A DNA stretch of 64,000 bases from Camelus ferus (Eukaryota), in NCBI RefSeq assembly GCF_009834535.1, contig NC_045697.1:25112001-25176000 (forward strand), given 5' to 3'. The number at the start of each line of letters is the position of its first letter. Within the stretch, counting starts at the first letter, position 1. Below are positions 62,385 through 64,000 of this stretch, one piece after another. Made by a program: the position numbers and the translations under genes. The notes under the pieces are model-generated. The model was not told where the DNA came from and ran no database searches. It saw only the letters and a program-made list of their open reading frames with translations.

Positions 62385-64000
62385 CATTTTATTTCATTTA
62401 CTGAAGTATAAATGACTTACTGTATTATGTTCATTTCAGGTGTACAACATATTGTTTCAATATTTTGTATGTTTGTTATGAAATAATCAGCACAATAAAT
62501 CTACTTACTGTCACCATACAGATTTATAACAATGCTATTGACTGTTATTCCCTGTGCTATAAATTACATCCTCATGACATATTTATTTTATAACGGGAAA
62601 TGTTTATTTCTTAATCCCCCTTATCTATTTCTCGTATCACTCTAATCCCCTCTCTTCTGGTAATCACCAATTTATTTTCTGTGTCTGTAAGTCTATTTCT
62701 GTTTTATTATGTTTGTTCATTGTTTTTTATTTTTGTTAGAGTCCACATATAAGTGAAATCATATGGTATGTGTATTTCTCTGACAGATTTATTTACTTAA
62801 CATTATATAGTCAAGGTCTATCCATGTTGTTGTAAATCACAAGACTTCATTCTTTTTTATAACTGAGTAGTATTTCATTGCACATATATATACCACATTT
62901 TCTTCATCTATTCATTCACAGATGGATGTACATTGTTTCCATATCTTGGCTATTTTAAATAATAATGTAATGAACATAGGGGTTTAAAATTAGTGTTTTT
63001 ATTTTCTTCAGATAAATATCCATGAGTAGAATTGCGGGATCACGTGGTTTTACTTTTAATTTTTTGTGAGAAACCCACCATACTCTTTTCCATAGTAGCT
63101 GTACCAATTTACCCACCAACTATGCACAAGGGTTCTCTTTTTTCCATATCATTGCCAACACTTGTTATTTGTCTTTTTGATAACAGACATTCTGGCAGAT
63201 ATGAAGTAATACCTCATTGTGGTTTTGATTTACATTTCCCTGGTGAGTAGTGATGTTGAACATCTTTCTGCATGCTTGTTGGCCATCTGTAGGTCTTCAC
63301 ACACACAAAAAGCCTATTCAGGACTTCTACCCATTTTTAATTGAGTTGTTTATTTTTTTTTTTTTTGATATTGACTTGTAGGTGTTCTTTGTATATTTTA
63401 AGTTTTAAGCTCATATCAGGTATATTTGCAAATATATTCTCCCATTAAGTAAGTTGCTTTTACCTTTGGTTGAGGGTTTCTTTTGATGTGCAAAAGCTGT
63501 TTAGTTTTATGAGGACTAATTTTTTTAACTTTATTGTCCTTGCCTAAGGAGGCAGATCCAAAAAGTAATGCTAAGACTCATGTCAAACTTGCATACTATC
63601 TATATTTTCTTCTAGGAATTTTATGGCTTCTGGTCTTAGATGTAGGCTTTTACTTCATGTTGAATTAGCTTTGTATATAGTGTAAAAAAAGATATAGTTT
63701 TATTGGCATGTAGCTGTCGAGCTTTCCAAATACCATTTATTGAAGATGCTGTCTTTTTTCCCATTGTATATTCTTGCCTCCTTTGTCATAGATTAATTGA
63801 CCATGTAACTGTGGGTTTGTTTCTGGGTTCTTTATTTTGTTCCATTGATCTATATGTCTGTTTTTGTGACAGTGCTATCTTGTTTCCATTACTATAGCTT
63901 TGAAATATAGTTTGATATCAGACAGTGTGATATTTACAGCTTTGTTCTTCTTTCTCAAGAATACTTTGGCTATGGGGGATTGTGGTTTCATACAAAATTT
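62385..64000 (-). mobile_element. LINE-1 3' end (L1MA9-like), runs off the window
   Basis: 'tgaagtataaatgac…tttcaggtgtacaacat…cccaccaactatgcacaagggttctctttt…ccatttattgaag…tttgttcttctttctcaaga'. Confidence 0.92.

Noticed and set aside
1..64000. CRISPR arrays, rRNA/tRNA genes, prokaryotic operons
   Set aside because: The sequence is mammalian; no such structures were seen.

Overview
Mammalian (eutherian) genomic DNA, AT-rich and dominated by old interspersed repeats: L1MC/L1ME/L1MA-type LINE-1, L2, MIR, MLT1/MLT2 LTRs, MER53, MER5A, Tigger remnants and four retroviral remnants. I see no Alu, B1/B2, Can-, Bov-, PRE- or ERE-type SINEs, so the species is probably a SINE-poor laurasiatherian (inference only). 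No intact protein-coding gene is evident, and the supplied ORFs are essentially all spurious or repeat-derived. The main hidden structure is a chain of about 15 splice-site-bounded, mostly phase-compatible but stop- and frameshift-riddled exon relics on the minus strand (about 41.2 kb down to 7.7 kb). Read in order, they give DH(RhoGEF)-like, PH-like, C2-like and PX-like peptides, suggesting an ancient unitary pseudogene of an uncharacterised DH-PH-C2-PX(-SH3?) RhoGEF, with MER53 and MLT1C inserted into two exons. The domain calls are by eye and need HMM confirmation. Also notable: an orphan CpG island (21.1-21.9 kb) with a dense GCGTG array and a G25 tract; a near-complete ancient class III (ERV-L-like pol) provirus carrying a gamma-type env (51.9-58.4 kb); and a polyadenylated, U5-less MER41-like ERV retrocopy with a GAS motif (50.1-51.6 kb). 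Repeat subfamily names come from recalled consensus similarity and are approximate.
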